From Moniliella sp. 'wahieum' (taxonomy: Eukaryota), in assembly GCA_003971905.1 (NCBI GenBank), contig RSEE01000040.1, positions 310,001-374,000 of the forward strand: a stretch of 64,000 nucleotides of DNA. Direction: 5' to 3'. How positions within the stretch are numbered: the first letter of the stretch is position 1; each line of letters begins with the position of its first letter. The position numbers and the translations under genes were made by a program. The notes under the pieces are model-generated. The model had not been told where the DNA came from. It worked only from the letters and a program-made list of their open reading frames with translations, and did not search any database. Positions 11,531 to 23,064 of the stretch are shown here, one piece after another.

Positions 11531-14500
11531 TCAGCCCGTCTTTTGGCGCTTGGCGTCCTCGCGCGCCAGACGAATGGAGCCCTGCTTCTTCTTCTCCTTG
11601 ATCTTCTCCTCCTTGTGTTCCTCGGCATCCTTGTTGAGCTTGGCTCGCTTGGCGCGCGCCTCTTCCTTCTTGCCGCGCCGGCGGGCCAAGCGGTCCTTGT
11701 TGATGGCTTGCATCCGCTCCAACAACGTGACCGCCGCCCGGTCCTTGGCCTCCATCACCACCGCCCGGTTCTTCAGGTAACTGTCCGCCCGCAGGCCCGG
11801 CATGACCTTGTTCTTCTCCGACACGGGCAGAGACGCGCGCAGCTTGCGGGGCACGCGTAGCGCATTGAACTGCCGCTTGGCAGCCCGGTTCTTGATGGGC
11901 TTGTAGATCGAGTCCACATTGTGGGGCGTCTTGATTCCTTCCTCGCGGCGGATGGTACCGGTCAACCGCATGCCCTTCCACCCGCCCCGCTCTTGAGGCG
12001 GTAAGAGCAAGCTCGTCACGGGGCGCATACAACTTGCGCGGATACACATTGATCCACCCCTTGAGGAAGACAATGTCCGACTTGAGGATCTTGTCCTCAA
12101 ACGTTGCTCGGAACTTGCCATCGTTCGTGGCCAGGGCCTTCTTGACAATCCCGCGGATCCCCGACACGGTCCGGATCTGGGCACCTTCGAACTTGGCCAC
12201 CTCGAGGGGCGAATTGAACATGCCCTTGATGAACGCCGTCTTCTTAAAGATCTGGTCTGGGAAACCGGTCAACTTGAGCTTCTTGACAATCGGGTGGGGC
12301 GCCGACCCCAGCTGCACCAGCATCGTTGTCCAGCACGACACCGGTGGCGCTGATGCGGAACCGAGGAGTTTCGGATGTCAGTGCATTGAACGCGGCAAAT
12401 CCCGTGTTGGGCCTGGCAGCAGGCGCCCAGATGGTAGCGAGACAATGCATATGCTCCGTGTGTACTTCAGCATCCGATTCCTCGTGCCATCGTCGAGCGA
12501 GTAGATGGGCAAACTCTGGAAGCGGCGCCAGCCCATGGAGAAGATGAGAGGGTCGTTTGTCTTGAGAATCTTGTGGAACCAACGATGCTTTTTGATGCGT
12601 ACCTGCATCCATCCATAGGTCTCCTCACTGGGAAGCAGACCACCGACCACCAATGGCTGGTGCGGGTCAAAGTACTCCACCAGCTCACAGGGTACATTGG
12701 CCAACTCCATGCGGACGTACGAGCCGGCAATGAAGCCCTCCACCGCTTCTCGTACCGTTGCATCCTCGCCGGCAAGCTCAAGCCGGTTGGCCTCCGCTTG
12801 CCGCAGGAGCTCGGCCTTCTGCTCGTCGTACCAGTCTGCCTCCTTGGTTTCTTCATCGTCGTCGTACCGCGCATCAAACTTGCGCTTCAGTGCTTCTTTC
12901 TTCTTGCGCAGTTCGGCCGTTTTCGCATCCCCATCCTCCTCCGACTCCGACTCAGACGCAGCCTCAGAGCCCGAATCGGCACCAGAATCAGAGCCAGAGC
13001 CGAACCGGAACCCTCAGCTTCCGCCTCCTGACCCTCCTCTCCACCTGTAATGAAGAGTCCACGAATGGAATCAAGCTGTGCCTCACTCTCCCATTGGATC
13101 AGCTCCGAGGGATCGTACAGCCTTTGCGTTGAGTCGAACAACTCTTCCTCCGCCTCCTCCGCCTCCCCTTTCTTGGCGGTGGCCTTTTTCTGGAAAAAGT
13201 CCTCTTCCTCCATAGACCCTGACAAGGCGTCCTCCTCGCTTTCCGCCTCCCATCCGACGCTTGACCATTGTCCCCCGCCGCAATGCGTTCGGGAGAGAGG
13301 TCGGTTTCATAGACGAGTCGTTGAAGATCCTGTGGTGCCGTCTTGCGTTTCTCTCGCAGGTTGGCCTCGGCGCGCAGCGCTGCTTCAGACCGCAGAGCAG
13401 CTCCCCCAAACCCGGGTTCGTCTTGGTCTTCTCCTCATCGTCCTCCTCCTCCTCGCTTTCGTCCTCTTCATCCTCAAAGAGGTTTCCCAGATCCGAATCA
13501 CTGTCCGCATACTCCACCTCGTTCTGGCCTTGGGAGATTTTCCCCTCGTCGTCGGCCCGGCCCTCGGGGGCGGCGGTGCGGTGCTTCCGCTCGGTCTGAG
13601 GGGCAAGAGACCACTCCTCCTCTCTTCTTCGTCCTCGTCCTCGTGGATTTCATCGTCATCCTCCTCGGTCTCCTCACCTTCGGCCTCTTCCTCAGATAGG
13701 TCCTCTTCCGAGGGGACGTCATTTTCAAAGGCAGCCTGGCGCTGGCGCGGCGTGTCAAACAGTTGGAATTTCGACTTTTTCACCCGCTCATCCAACGTCT
13801 CGCCAGCACCTTGGAGATCAAGCACCATCCTTTCCCCCTCGTTTGTCGGCTGCACCGAATCGTCTTCCATCTGGCCTCCGAGCCCGGCCCGGTTTTTGGA
13901 GAAGGTGCCCGGCACATTAATGTAGACCGCATCCTTGTCAAACATCACCCCGCCCACATCCGACATGGGCGCATAGATCAGTCGGTTCTTATCGGCCAGC
14001 CGACGACGTTTTTCGCTCTCGCTCGTCGGCAGGGGACACGGATCGGCCAATTTCTCCACCGCTCGCACCGTCAGGTCCCCCACGCCGGGCACGTGAACCC
14101 GTAGTCCGCCCGACGCTGGGTTACGCAGGTTGGTACCCCTCAAATAGCCGTACAGGGTCACGGTCCGGTCTACCTTGGGGTTCTCCTTGACCACTTGGCG
14201 TGGCGTCAGGTCAGTCAGTCGATCGGCAATCATGTACGAGTGCTGGTTCCGCCACACCAGAGGACGGAACTTCATCACGCCAATAAAGCGGGACAAGTTC
14301 TGGATCTCGTGGTCCGGGTACCGTCCGTTGATGACACCGACAGGTAAAACAGTTTGGCGCCATCGTAGATCTCGGTCCAGAAGCGCTGCTTTAGTCGCTT
14401 CTTGGTCGCCCGCAGCACCGCCGGCTTGCGGATCAGGTCGAGGTGGGTCAAGACGCCAATGATCTTGGGGAAGCCGTGGGACTGAAGAAGATTCAAAAAC

Positions 14501-15118
14501 TCCATCGTTTCCTACCCCCCATATGTCAGCCCTTATGTTCGGCCGGAACCGTGCAAGGTACGAAGCACAGAAGGACGCATACGTACCATCTCAAACCCAA
14601 AACTGCCATCAATCATAAGCAGTACCAAGTCCGCCACCTTGCTCACATCGATCATCGCATCAATCGTGTTGGGGCACTCGATAATCGTAATCCTCCTCTG
14701 CTTGCCCGAGACGACAGTGACGGGGCCCTGGATGTGCGCAACAGTGTGCTTTGTGTACCGCCGCACCAGCGACCGCACCAAGGTCGACTTGCCCCCCTCA
14801 GGCCCTACCACCGCCACAATCACGGGCGGGGGCGGTGGCGGCGGCTCCACATCGCCCGCAGCAGCGCGCGCTTGGGCTGACCCAGGCCCAGTGGGAGTCG
14901 GATTGATCGAGGGCCCGCGATGGATCTGGGGCACATGCAGACGTCCCTGTTCCTTTTGCGCGTTGCGGAGGATCTGCTTCTGGGCGCTGCGAGGGTTGGC
15001 CGAGATGAAGCGCGGCGGATCGTTGCCGCGCTTGTTTCTTGGCAGTCGCCTTGGCCTCCCGCCGCTCCTTTAGACGCGTGGCATGGTGCTCCTTGTGCGT
15101 CTGCGCAGCGTCCGCCAT
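11531..15118 (-). CDS. BMS1: Ribosome biogenesis GTPase Bms1
   Basis: [132 protein letters not shown]. One intron about 14512-14586; many frameshifts. Confidence 0.96.
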
Positions 15119-15967
15119 GGTGGCTGCTGAACAACCGAATCGACAGCCGCGCACCAAAGACCAAGGCTGCCGCCAGCGCAAAAACCAAAAAATGGGGATC
15201 GGTGCAACGAAAACTACGGAACCTGTTCCACCGGCCTCGCTAAGCACGTGACGCGCCACCAAGGCGAGGCCAGCACGTGGCCAGAATGGAGATTTGAAAT
15301 TTGATCAGGGTCGGGCGCACTGATGCACCACTGGCCACACGACCTCTGCCTAGTACCCAAAACCAACCTCGCCGGTGGCAAATGGCTCCCAGCCCATCGG
15401 TTCTCCAGGGTAGTAGGACGGCATCTCTCTTTCAGTCCCCATGTCGGACGCGTATGAGCATCAGTATTCAATCCGAACGGGCGTGTTAAGCCGCAATGTG
15501 GCTCACGGACACGCGCGACCCGAGAAGGGTACTAAGGCGGTAACGAAAATGTGTTTTGTCTTCTCGACGAAATGGAACGGTCCGCACACCGTCGCCTGTA
15601 ATGGCATATGGCGTGCGTGCTGATGGGCGGTGTGATGGGTCTCGTCAAGCTCTTATTTTCACTCTCCAAACTCATATTGAGAGGTTTATTAGAGTGCCCC
15701 AAAGGAGCAAGGTGGTACGTTCCATCTCCTCTCCTATGTGACAGACCTGTTGCGTCACTCCGTGTAGAGGATTTATATGAAAAACGTCGCGTTCATCATC
15801 GCGAAACCGTTAAGTTCGTTTGGGGAGGTCATTCTCAGTTCGTTCAACCTCCAGGAGGGATGTAAAAAGCCATTTGGGCAAAGAGAAAGCAACAGAGCCA
15901 GCACGGCTGGGTGAAAGTTGTCCGTCCTTGTGTATTGCAAAGGGTGTGCTAGTAGCCCCTATCTCTC

Positions 15968-16417
15968 TCAGAGGCCGCAGTGCCAGGCATCGACCTCGGT
16001 TGCCGAACGTCAACGCGGCCAAATTGGACAGCGTTACGCCGGTGAGGGTGTTCATGGCAGCCTCGGACGAGACAAAGCTGTCCTTTCCAGCATCAATGGC
16101 GGTGAAGTACATGCTCGATCCATCGTATACGATTTCCCAGCATGATCCAACAGGCGGCACTGTACCCCTGAACCGCGGGCGCGCCCCCCACCGCGGGAAG
16201 CTGGGAAGACTGCCAAAGGTGTGTAGCCTTGGTGATCAGTCCGTTCTTTCCGTTCGAACAGGCCACGCCGTGTTGAGATCGCCAGAGGACGCGTCATACG
16301 TATTGTCATAGCCCAGTGTTGTAGAGTCGGAGCGAACGCGAGGCATGGCCGAAACGGCCGGGGCCGCGGTCAATGCACCAGCAAGGAGAAGAGCTGAGGT
16401 GGCAACGAGAACTGCAT
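15968..16417 (-). CDS. Cerato-platanin / SnodProt1 (Epl1/Sm1-like) small secreted protein
   Basis: Reconstructed across frameshifts: hydrophobic signal peptide, then LGYDNTYDASSGDLNT.ACSNGKNGLITKGY..FGSLPSFP..GG..AVQGY...(C)GSCWEIVYDGSSMYFTAIDAG..FVSSEAAMNTLTG..AVQFGRVDV..TEVDAWHCGL-stop. This is the family pattern, with 3 Cys read directly and the fourth at a frameshift. TATA (ATATATAAAA on the minus strand) at about 16552-16561. Confidence 0.9.
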
Positions 16418-17876
16418 GGCACTGATGGAGGAAATGAAGTGCAGGGAGGCTCAGGTGACGTGGGGAGAGATGATGGAGGCTTGAGGCTTGAGACTTGAGA
16501 GCTGATGTGTAGGTGGTGTGCAGTCGTGGATACTGAAGGGCTAACCTCAGTTTTATATATCTTTGCCGTATACTCAGGTTGTTGCCGTTATAAATTTGCT
16601 TTGCTGAGCGCTGAGGCGCTGAGGGCGCCCGCCTCTTCGGAGTTGGAGTGTTGCAGAATAAAAGTGTCTCACATATGGCAAAGCATTATAGTGTTTCCAT
16701 CATCCTATTGTATTGTTCTTCCTCGGAACACCGCGGCGCCGGGAATCAGGCCTCTCGGGAGACGTATGAACATTGGCCCTTGGCGCCCCTGTGTCATGCG
16801 TGTGCCGCCAGTCCCCCGTGGCAGTATGGCCCCACGCCGAGACCCCCATCTCGGCGAGGGGGAAGCGGAAGACCGGCGACCGGCAGTATTGTGTGGATTG
16901 TTTTGTGAGGGGGAAACAATAATGAAAGTGTTGGCAGAACACAGTTTCTCTTCTTCATTAGTACAAGGGGGTTAGGATGAACGGGTCGGTTTAGGCGCAG
17001 CGGCATAGACCTTTACTATTTCGCGGCTGTGTGAATCCTCTCCCAGTAGTAAAAGAAAACACAATGTTGCCTTCTACTAATGGAGGCGCTCGACTGTTTT
17101 GGGTTTTGCTTTCGGGCCCTCAATGGCAGTGCTTCGCCCATAAGCAAAGCTTCCTCCCTTACACCTCTCGGACTCGGACTGTAATAGCCAATGCTCCTCT
17201 TCTCTTTGCTCTTTCACCCTCCACAAATCATGTAAATCCCCCCCTCCCGCCCCTCCCGCCCTTATACCGCTTAACTCAGCTATGCCCCCCCAACCGTGGC
17301 TGATCTCAGGTGGTTGAACGTCTCAACATCTTTGAGGTCTCCCGTCCGGTAAACACCCGTTCATTGCTGATTCTCTATATCCTTGCCGAAAATTCACTTA
17401 GCCAACGAAGGGATCTGGGCCAATCTCGAGAGAGTGCGTCTACAACGGTGTGTTGAGGCAGCAGCGAGCCTCATCAATCTGGTCCTCGTTCGCCGATCCT
17501 ACCCGTTTGTTCCTCTTTGAAGGTGTATCGCCCTCTGCGTGTCTTGCGCCTGAGAATGGGAACCGAGGGGTTGTGAGGAAGAATGTCCAAGCAAAGCAAA
17601 GGGAAGTGCGAGGGCTGTGCTGTGCCCCTCTCCTGTGGGAAAAGAAAGAACATGTATGTGTGTGCGTGCGTCTCAAGTAACTATGGTTGGCGGATCCACA
17701 GCAGATGGTGTTTTGGTGTGGTGGTGGGGTCGGAGCCATCATGATGGACCTGGTGGGATATGGTGTGAAATCAAAACGCCAAGGGCCGGTGAGTGAGAAG
17801 TGCGAACTGAGCCTCAGGAGGGTGAGTATCCTGGACGTGGAATAGAAGTGACGCATCTCTCTCTCGGGTAGGGGCC

Positions 17877-17904
17877 ATGCATGATGCATGATGCATGATG
17901 CATG
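17877..17904. repeat. Perfect tandem repeat (ATGCATG)x4
   Basis: Seen directly; partial extra copies at about 17989 and 18011, upstream of the mitochondrial S7 gene. Confidence 0.9.
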
Positions 17905-18167
17905 TGGCCAAGAGCCTCCCTAGTAGCTGCTCGGCACTAGGCAGTGCCTAGCCATGCCACGTGACGTGTCTGGCGCAGGACCAGGGGTGATGCATGATGC
18001 CGGTGGCCGGTGATGCATGTGGATGACGTAAGCGGCCCATGGCAATTTCTTCTTGTGCCCAGTCCAGCCCAGCACCCAGCAGCGCAAGGAGGAAGCGAAG
18101 CAGGCGGCGCATTGGGCTGCTTGCCTTTCCTGTCTGGATCTTGCTCGTTCTTGCTCCACCACCGACA

Positions 18168-19022
18168 ATGCTGCCCAGTCTTGCTGCGTGGCGGGTGCTC
18201 CCGCGTGCGGTGTCCACAGCGGCTCTTCGTGCCCCCCGCGGCCCGCAGCCTTCACGTCTCTGCGCCCTCCCGCGTGCTCTCGGACGAATCCGCGCCTCTG
18301 CGCCGCCACCGCGCCGAGGCTGGCGTCGCACCAGGCAGCGACCCTCACCTCCCTGCCGTCGACCAGAATGGGAGCGACAAGGCCCAGGAAATCTTCCGCA
18401 CTTCCCAGGACCCCAGGTCGCCCATTAGCTTCGCCGATGGTCTCGCCCCCGATGCGTTCGACCACCTTGGCCAGCCCCCCCGCCGACTTTGGTGCGTGGG
18501 CCCGCCCGGCTGAGCCGGCGGTGGCGACACTGCCATGGGAAGTGTACGAGGTGGATGCATCTCTGTTTGATCACAAGGTCCAGCGTGCACCCGATGTTCA
18601 CCCCCTTATCAACAAAATGATTGGCATGATGACCAAGCGCGGCGACCGCACCAAGGCGGAGCGGGTTGTCGCTGCTTGCCTTGCAGCGGATTGCGATTGC
18701 CACCAACGATTCTCCTCTCCCTCTCTTTGTCGAGGCGGTGATGCAAGCATGTCAAAACGTCCTAACGTCGATACAGTCTCTACCAAGCGCGGTGCAAAGG
18801 TTATTCACACCCCGCGCCCTCTCACCGAGTCTGCGTCGGCCCATAAAGGCATTAAGGCCATCCTCAGGGCTGCGTTTCCGCAGGACAGACAAGCGATACG
18901 AGGACCGTATCGCAAAAGAACTACTTGCGGTCGTCGAGGGTCGCTCAAGCGTGCTACAGAAGCGTCTCGAGGCCCACAAGAACGCTCTGGCGAACCGTGC
19001 GAACCTGTCGGTGCGCATCTAA
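18168..19022 (+). CDS. RSM7: Mitochondrial ribosomal protein uS7m
   Basis: Arg-rich presequence MLPSLAAWRVLPRAVSTAALR, then HPLINKMIGMMTKRGDRTKAERVV, KRGAKVIHTPRPL, RIAKELLAVVEGRSSVLQKRLEAHKNALANRAN. Confidence 0.88.
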
Positions 19023-19133
19023 GCGCTCTAAGCGGAGCTTCAAACAAAAAACATCTATATTGCAATCTCCTCGACATATAGTTAAGTGGATGGACTTGGG
19101 GGCGAGAGCTTCTGCCTTTCTATTCGACCAGCT

Positions 19134-20646
19134 TCAATCGGTAAGCTTCAACTCCTCGCGTCGCGTGCTCTTAGGCGGGGCTCGGTTTCTTGAAGAGGGA
19201 CGAGGGCCGGTGCGAGTGACACGCACTGTATCTCCCACACGGAGAATCCCGGCTACGAGGGTTTGTTTGTGTCAATAGTGCTCGAACACAGGCAGAAAAG
19301 GGTTAGGGGGGACGGGTAAACATACACGATTCGCGCGGAGTGGAAAAGCATTCCAAAGCAAGGCGAGTAGGGCTGTTGTTTATCGACCATGCGGTAACGC
19401 TGAAGCACGCGGGCTGGCAGGATGGCATCGCGCACACCGGTTTCCAGATCAATCCGGGAAACGGTTGCAGCGGCCACAGCGAGCGAGACAGAAGATGCCT
19501 TTGCCTTGCCTTCGGCTTCCGTCCATAGGGCACAGCCTTGTCCCCGCTTCGGTGAAGAGAAGATTTCAACGTGGGTCCAATTGTCCTCCTCAAATCCTAC
19601 TAGCTTGGGACCCTGGCCTGTAGTCAGCAGCACATTCGGTCGGTACCGGTTGATCGGCAAATGGTGATGTTAATCCGCTGGCATATGCGTCCCAAAGGTC
19701 AGATTAGCTCTCTCGCCTCTCACTTCATCACAAGGCAGATAAGCAACGTACAGGTCCAAAAGATTTGTCCACCTTTCGCGAGCGGTACTGCCCACGAGCG
19801 GACCTCAAATCCACCCTGGCTGAGCTGGGCAGCCACGGTATCGTCCTCCTTGAGCGTCGTATCCGAAGGGTAAACAGATCGTAAGAGAGATTGACGCAGG
19901 TGCTCGAGGCTTGCATCAGTCGTAATCAAAAACGGAAGAAGTCTTGAAACCGGACCGAGCGGGTGTCTAGTCCTTGGACAGGAGGTCTGACTTTGGATCC
20001 GACGCGGGTCAAACACCCTCCGGGTCCCATCTTCACCTACCACGTCTCGCGGAGTCGGTCCCTTGCGCACCAACCTGACCGCTCGACGAAAAAAGCGAGT
20101 CAAAGCTGTGTCGGCCTCGGTGCTGACAGCAGCGTAGCCATCTTGATTTGTTTGTGTCCCCAGATCTCAATGTTTTCCAATACTTGGCAATGGGACAGAA
20201 ACTCTTCGGATGGGTCAAGAGGGGGACACCACCACGGCCTCAGTCTCGCCGGGAGGAGGAGAGCGGAATGCGAATTCGGAGCTCGTTGGTTTCCTTGTGG
20301 ATACTGGGCTGAATCAGCACCATCTGGGGAAGATCGCGGGCGGGGTGTTGAACTTGTGGTTGTCCGCATTGATAATGAGCCAGGTGCGGTCATACTGCAG
20401 GCCACTTGCATCGTACGCGGACTCCTGGACGGAAATGAAGCGGCAGGACTTGATGGGATGGATAAAGAGCGACTGGATGCGCACGTCTTTGGTTTGACTA
20501 CCATACACGTCCCGCTGCGCAGCTTGACGCAGCCAAGCACGGTGTCCAAGCAGGAGCAGAACAAGGGCGCCCACAAGCCCAGCCGCTAGGGCGAGCACGA
20601 CGGGGCCATAGATGTGGGGCATGGCCGGGAGCAACGGCCGAAGCAT
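19134..20646 (-). CDS. MOSC-domain protein (mARC-like) with an N-terminal membrane anchor
   Basis: TM segment VVLALAAGLVGALVLLLLG; MOSC_N IQSLFIHPIKSCR..GLQYDRTWLII; PFLITTDASL; INRYRPNVLL..FEEDNW; IDLETGVRD; PCFGM; LRVGDTVRV. The 3' end is approximate. Confidence 0.88.
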
Positions 20647-21174
20647 GACGGAACCAATTATCGGTCTGTGGTGGTTGAAGATAGAGAGAGGCACTCACTA
20701 TAAGGCGGGTGGCCCTTGATATTTGGATCGGAGATAATTGGCCCAAGAAAGTGCTGCGGCGGCCTTTGTGTTGCACCGATCCACACATGATATCCAGCCA
20801 TCTTCAGTCTGAAGCCTATGGAGCGATGCAGAACAAGGCGCTACCATAGAGACACCAAATCTCTTGGAAGCAAACCAATCGGCGGAGATTGGTTCAAGCG
20901 TCAAGTCGAGCAAAAGAGAAGAAGGGAAGAGAGGGTGGTGCTGAGAAAGAAGGGGGCATGTATGTTTTGAGAGAAAGGGCTGCGTACGCGTGTAATTGGC
21001 TTGGCTAGCTATCTTACCATGCATCACGTGACAAGAAGCGTCTGAGCCCTCCGCTCTGCATCGCCGCCCGTTCAGTCACGTTTGGGGGGCGGCCCCGGCG
21101 GTGCAACATTTGCTCTGCCCAACCTCTGCTCCGCCCCACACCGCACCGCACCGCCCCTGAGCGCACTTTCAGCC

Positions 21175-21595
21175 ATGCCAAACCACTTCACCCTCTTCAG
21201 TGGCCCAGGCTCAATTGCCTGTCACAGTAACCCCCCATGACATATACGGAGGACTGAAGACTTGCCCTTTACCACCGGCAACGCATAAGTCTGATCCCGA
21301 CATACAGCAGAGCCAAGGGTATGTGCTCGGCTTCTGCAATACTCCTGTTACTGATAAATCCCCCATCTTAGTTTCCTATTTCTCTAAGACTTTGACTATC
21401 GCGCGTTTTTTTTCATGACGGACTGGACTTTGCCCTCCCTTGATGATGAATGTGCTATCTCCTCTCCCACATTACTCCTTATTTGCTGACAATGCCTCCC
21501 TCACCCACAGGCCAGTTCAAGCTACACCTTCCCAAGTTGCTGCTGAGAAGTTGCATACCTTCAAGGCCGAAGATGGGCGTTCGGCCGTTGCATGA
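21175..21595 (+). other. Possible small spliced gene of unknown function
   Basis: GTATGT donor at about 21319; two branch/acceptor sets (ACTGAT..TTAG about 21371; GCTGAC..CACAG 21510); short flanking ORFs with no recognisable domain. Confidence 0.25.
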
Positions 21596-23064
21596 AACAA
21601 CGCGCCGAATTAGCAACCAAAGCTCTGCCATCGCAACATGGCATGTTTTGGCCACATCATAATGGTCTCGCGCGGTACCCAGGGTGGTGTCTACATTGCA
21701 TCGAGGCCATTTTCTCATGTTTGCTTTGGGGATGGGACGGTATCCCAGCTGCCACCGAGGGAGCCATCACAGCGTCAATCGTCAAGCGCCAGGGCATATA
21801 TCAACTGTGAAACCCCGCCTGTCCATCCCCCTACGGCGGCAAACTCAAGGTGGATGAGCGGCGCTAAGAAAATCATCCTATAGCACTTTTTCTGTTGGTT
21901 AATGATGCCAACACCATTCAGGGATGGGCCACATAACGCGTGTTCATTCGTCCATCGCATCTTCACTTCAACATATGATGCCTAGACCCGGGTATTGAGC
22001 GTAGCGACATGAGGTCTGAGATAGAGGCGTCCCACTCACCACTGTTGGCTGCATGCGTCAGAGGGAGTCCTGCCCTGTTGCATGGTGTCGGGATCAGACC
22101 CACCTCTGGTCACACTTTGATAGTCACCAGGTGGACTGGTCCCTGATTTGTTCTAGACCCTGTTTTCCCCCTTGACTATGCTCCCCTTTCCTTCTCGTGT
22201 GACTTATTCGCATGTTCTCTTCTCAGACTTATATAACTCGCCCTCTTTTCACTCAATGAATATGATCCTCATCCTTTCCCCATCTCCCTTCCTGTGTTAC
22301 TCGCCGTTGTGGGGGGTTGAAGCACCCCCGTCTCTCCCCCCTCGTTCACTTTTCGTCGTCATTCACATCCTTGTATACCATACCAATTAACAATAGGCGT
22401 GTGTGGTGGTTTCAACACCCTCAGTACTCTTCAGCTGGCGACAATCTACAATTCTCGCTTCTCAGCCTGGGTGCCATGCATCATGGGCCATGTGCCAAAA
22501 AGAACGAACGCGATATTGGGAGATGGGATCCCGGCGGGTGCGACGGTACAGCAAAAAGTACATCTCTCGGCGTGGCGGTGAGCGAGACGTGTGAGAGAGT
22601 GTTGTGTGTTGGGTGTGTGAGGCTGTGAAGAAAGATGGAAAAATTATCTTCCAGAGGTAGGGGCGTATACTCTTGCAGTGCTACGGATCGAGGTGGATAG
22701 GAGGTGCAGAGTAGTATAAAGTAGTTGAGCCAGCGATTCACTCCAGCCTGCCAATTGCCATGTCGGGAAGAAAAGGGGCAGGACAATCGACCATCGATCA
22801 CCGTTCAGATTTCAGACAACATCAGGCATCAGACCCAGGGCGGAGAGTCAGTGTCAGTGTCATCCCATGTCATGCGTCCGCGTCACCCTCCCCCCCCACA
22901 GCCTCTCTGCCGTCAGAGCACGCGCTCTGCCCTGGTGCCTGAACTCCCGTCCACACTGCCATGACGATCATCTCGCCACACGGGACCAGTGTACCTGTTG
23001 CGCAATGTTTACTCGGTTTCTACGGACGGTGAGTACGGGCGTGCGTGATATAAATCCAGCGCTG

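Noticed and set aside
11531..15118. Frameshifts in BMS1 and other genes read as pseudogenisation or programmed frameshifting; also the P-loop GPEGGKS, one residue short
   Set aside because: Indels affect all genes, including essential ones, with no slippery-site pattern; the short P-loop sits on a G homopolymer. Sequencing error is the best explanation.
21440..21490. Possible box C/D snoRNA (ATGATGA...CTGA)
   Set aside because: It spans only about 47 nt, has no terminal stem, and I recognise no rRNA guide; the CTGA is better explained as an intron branch site.
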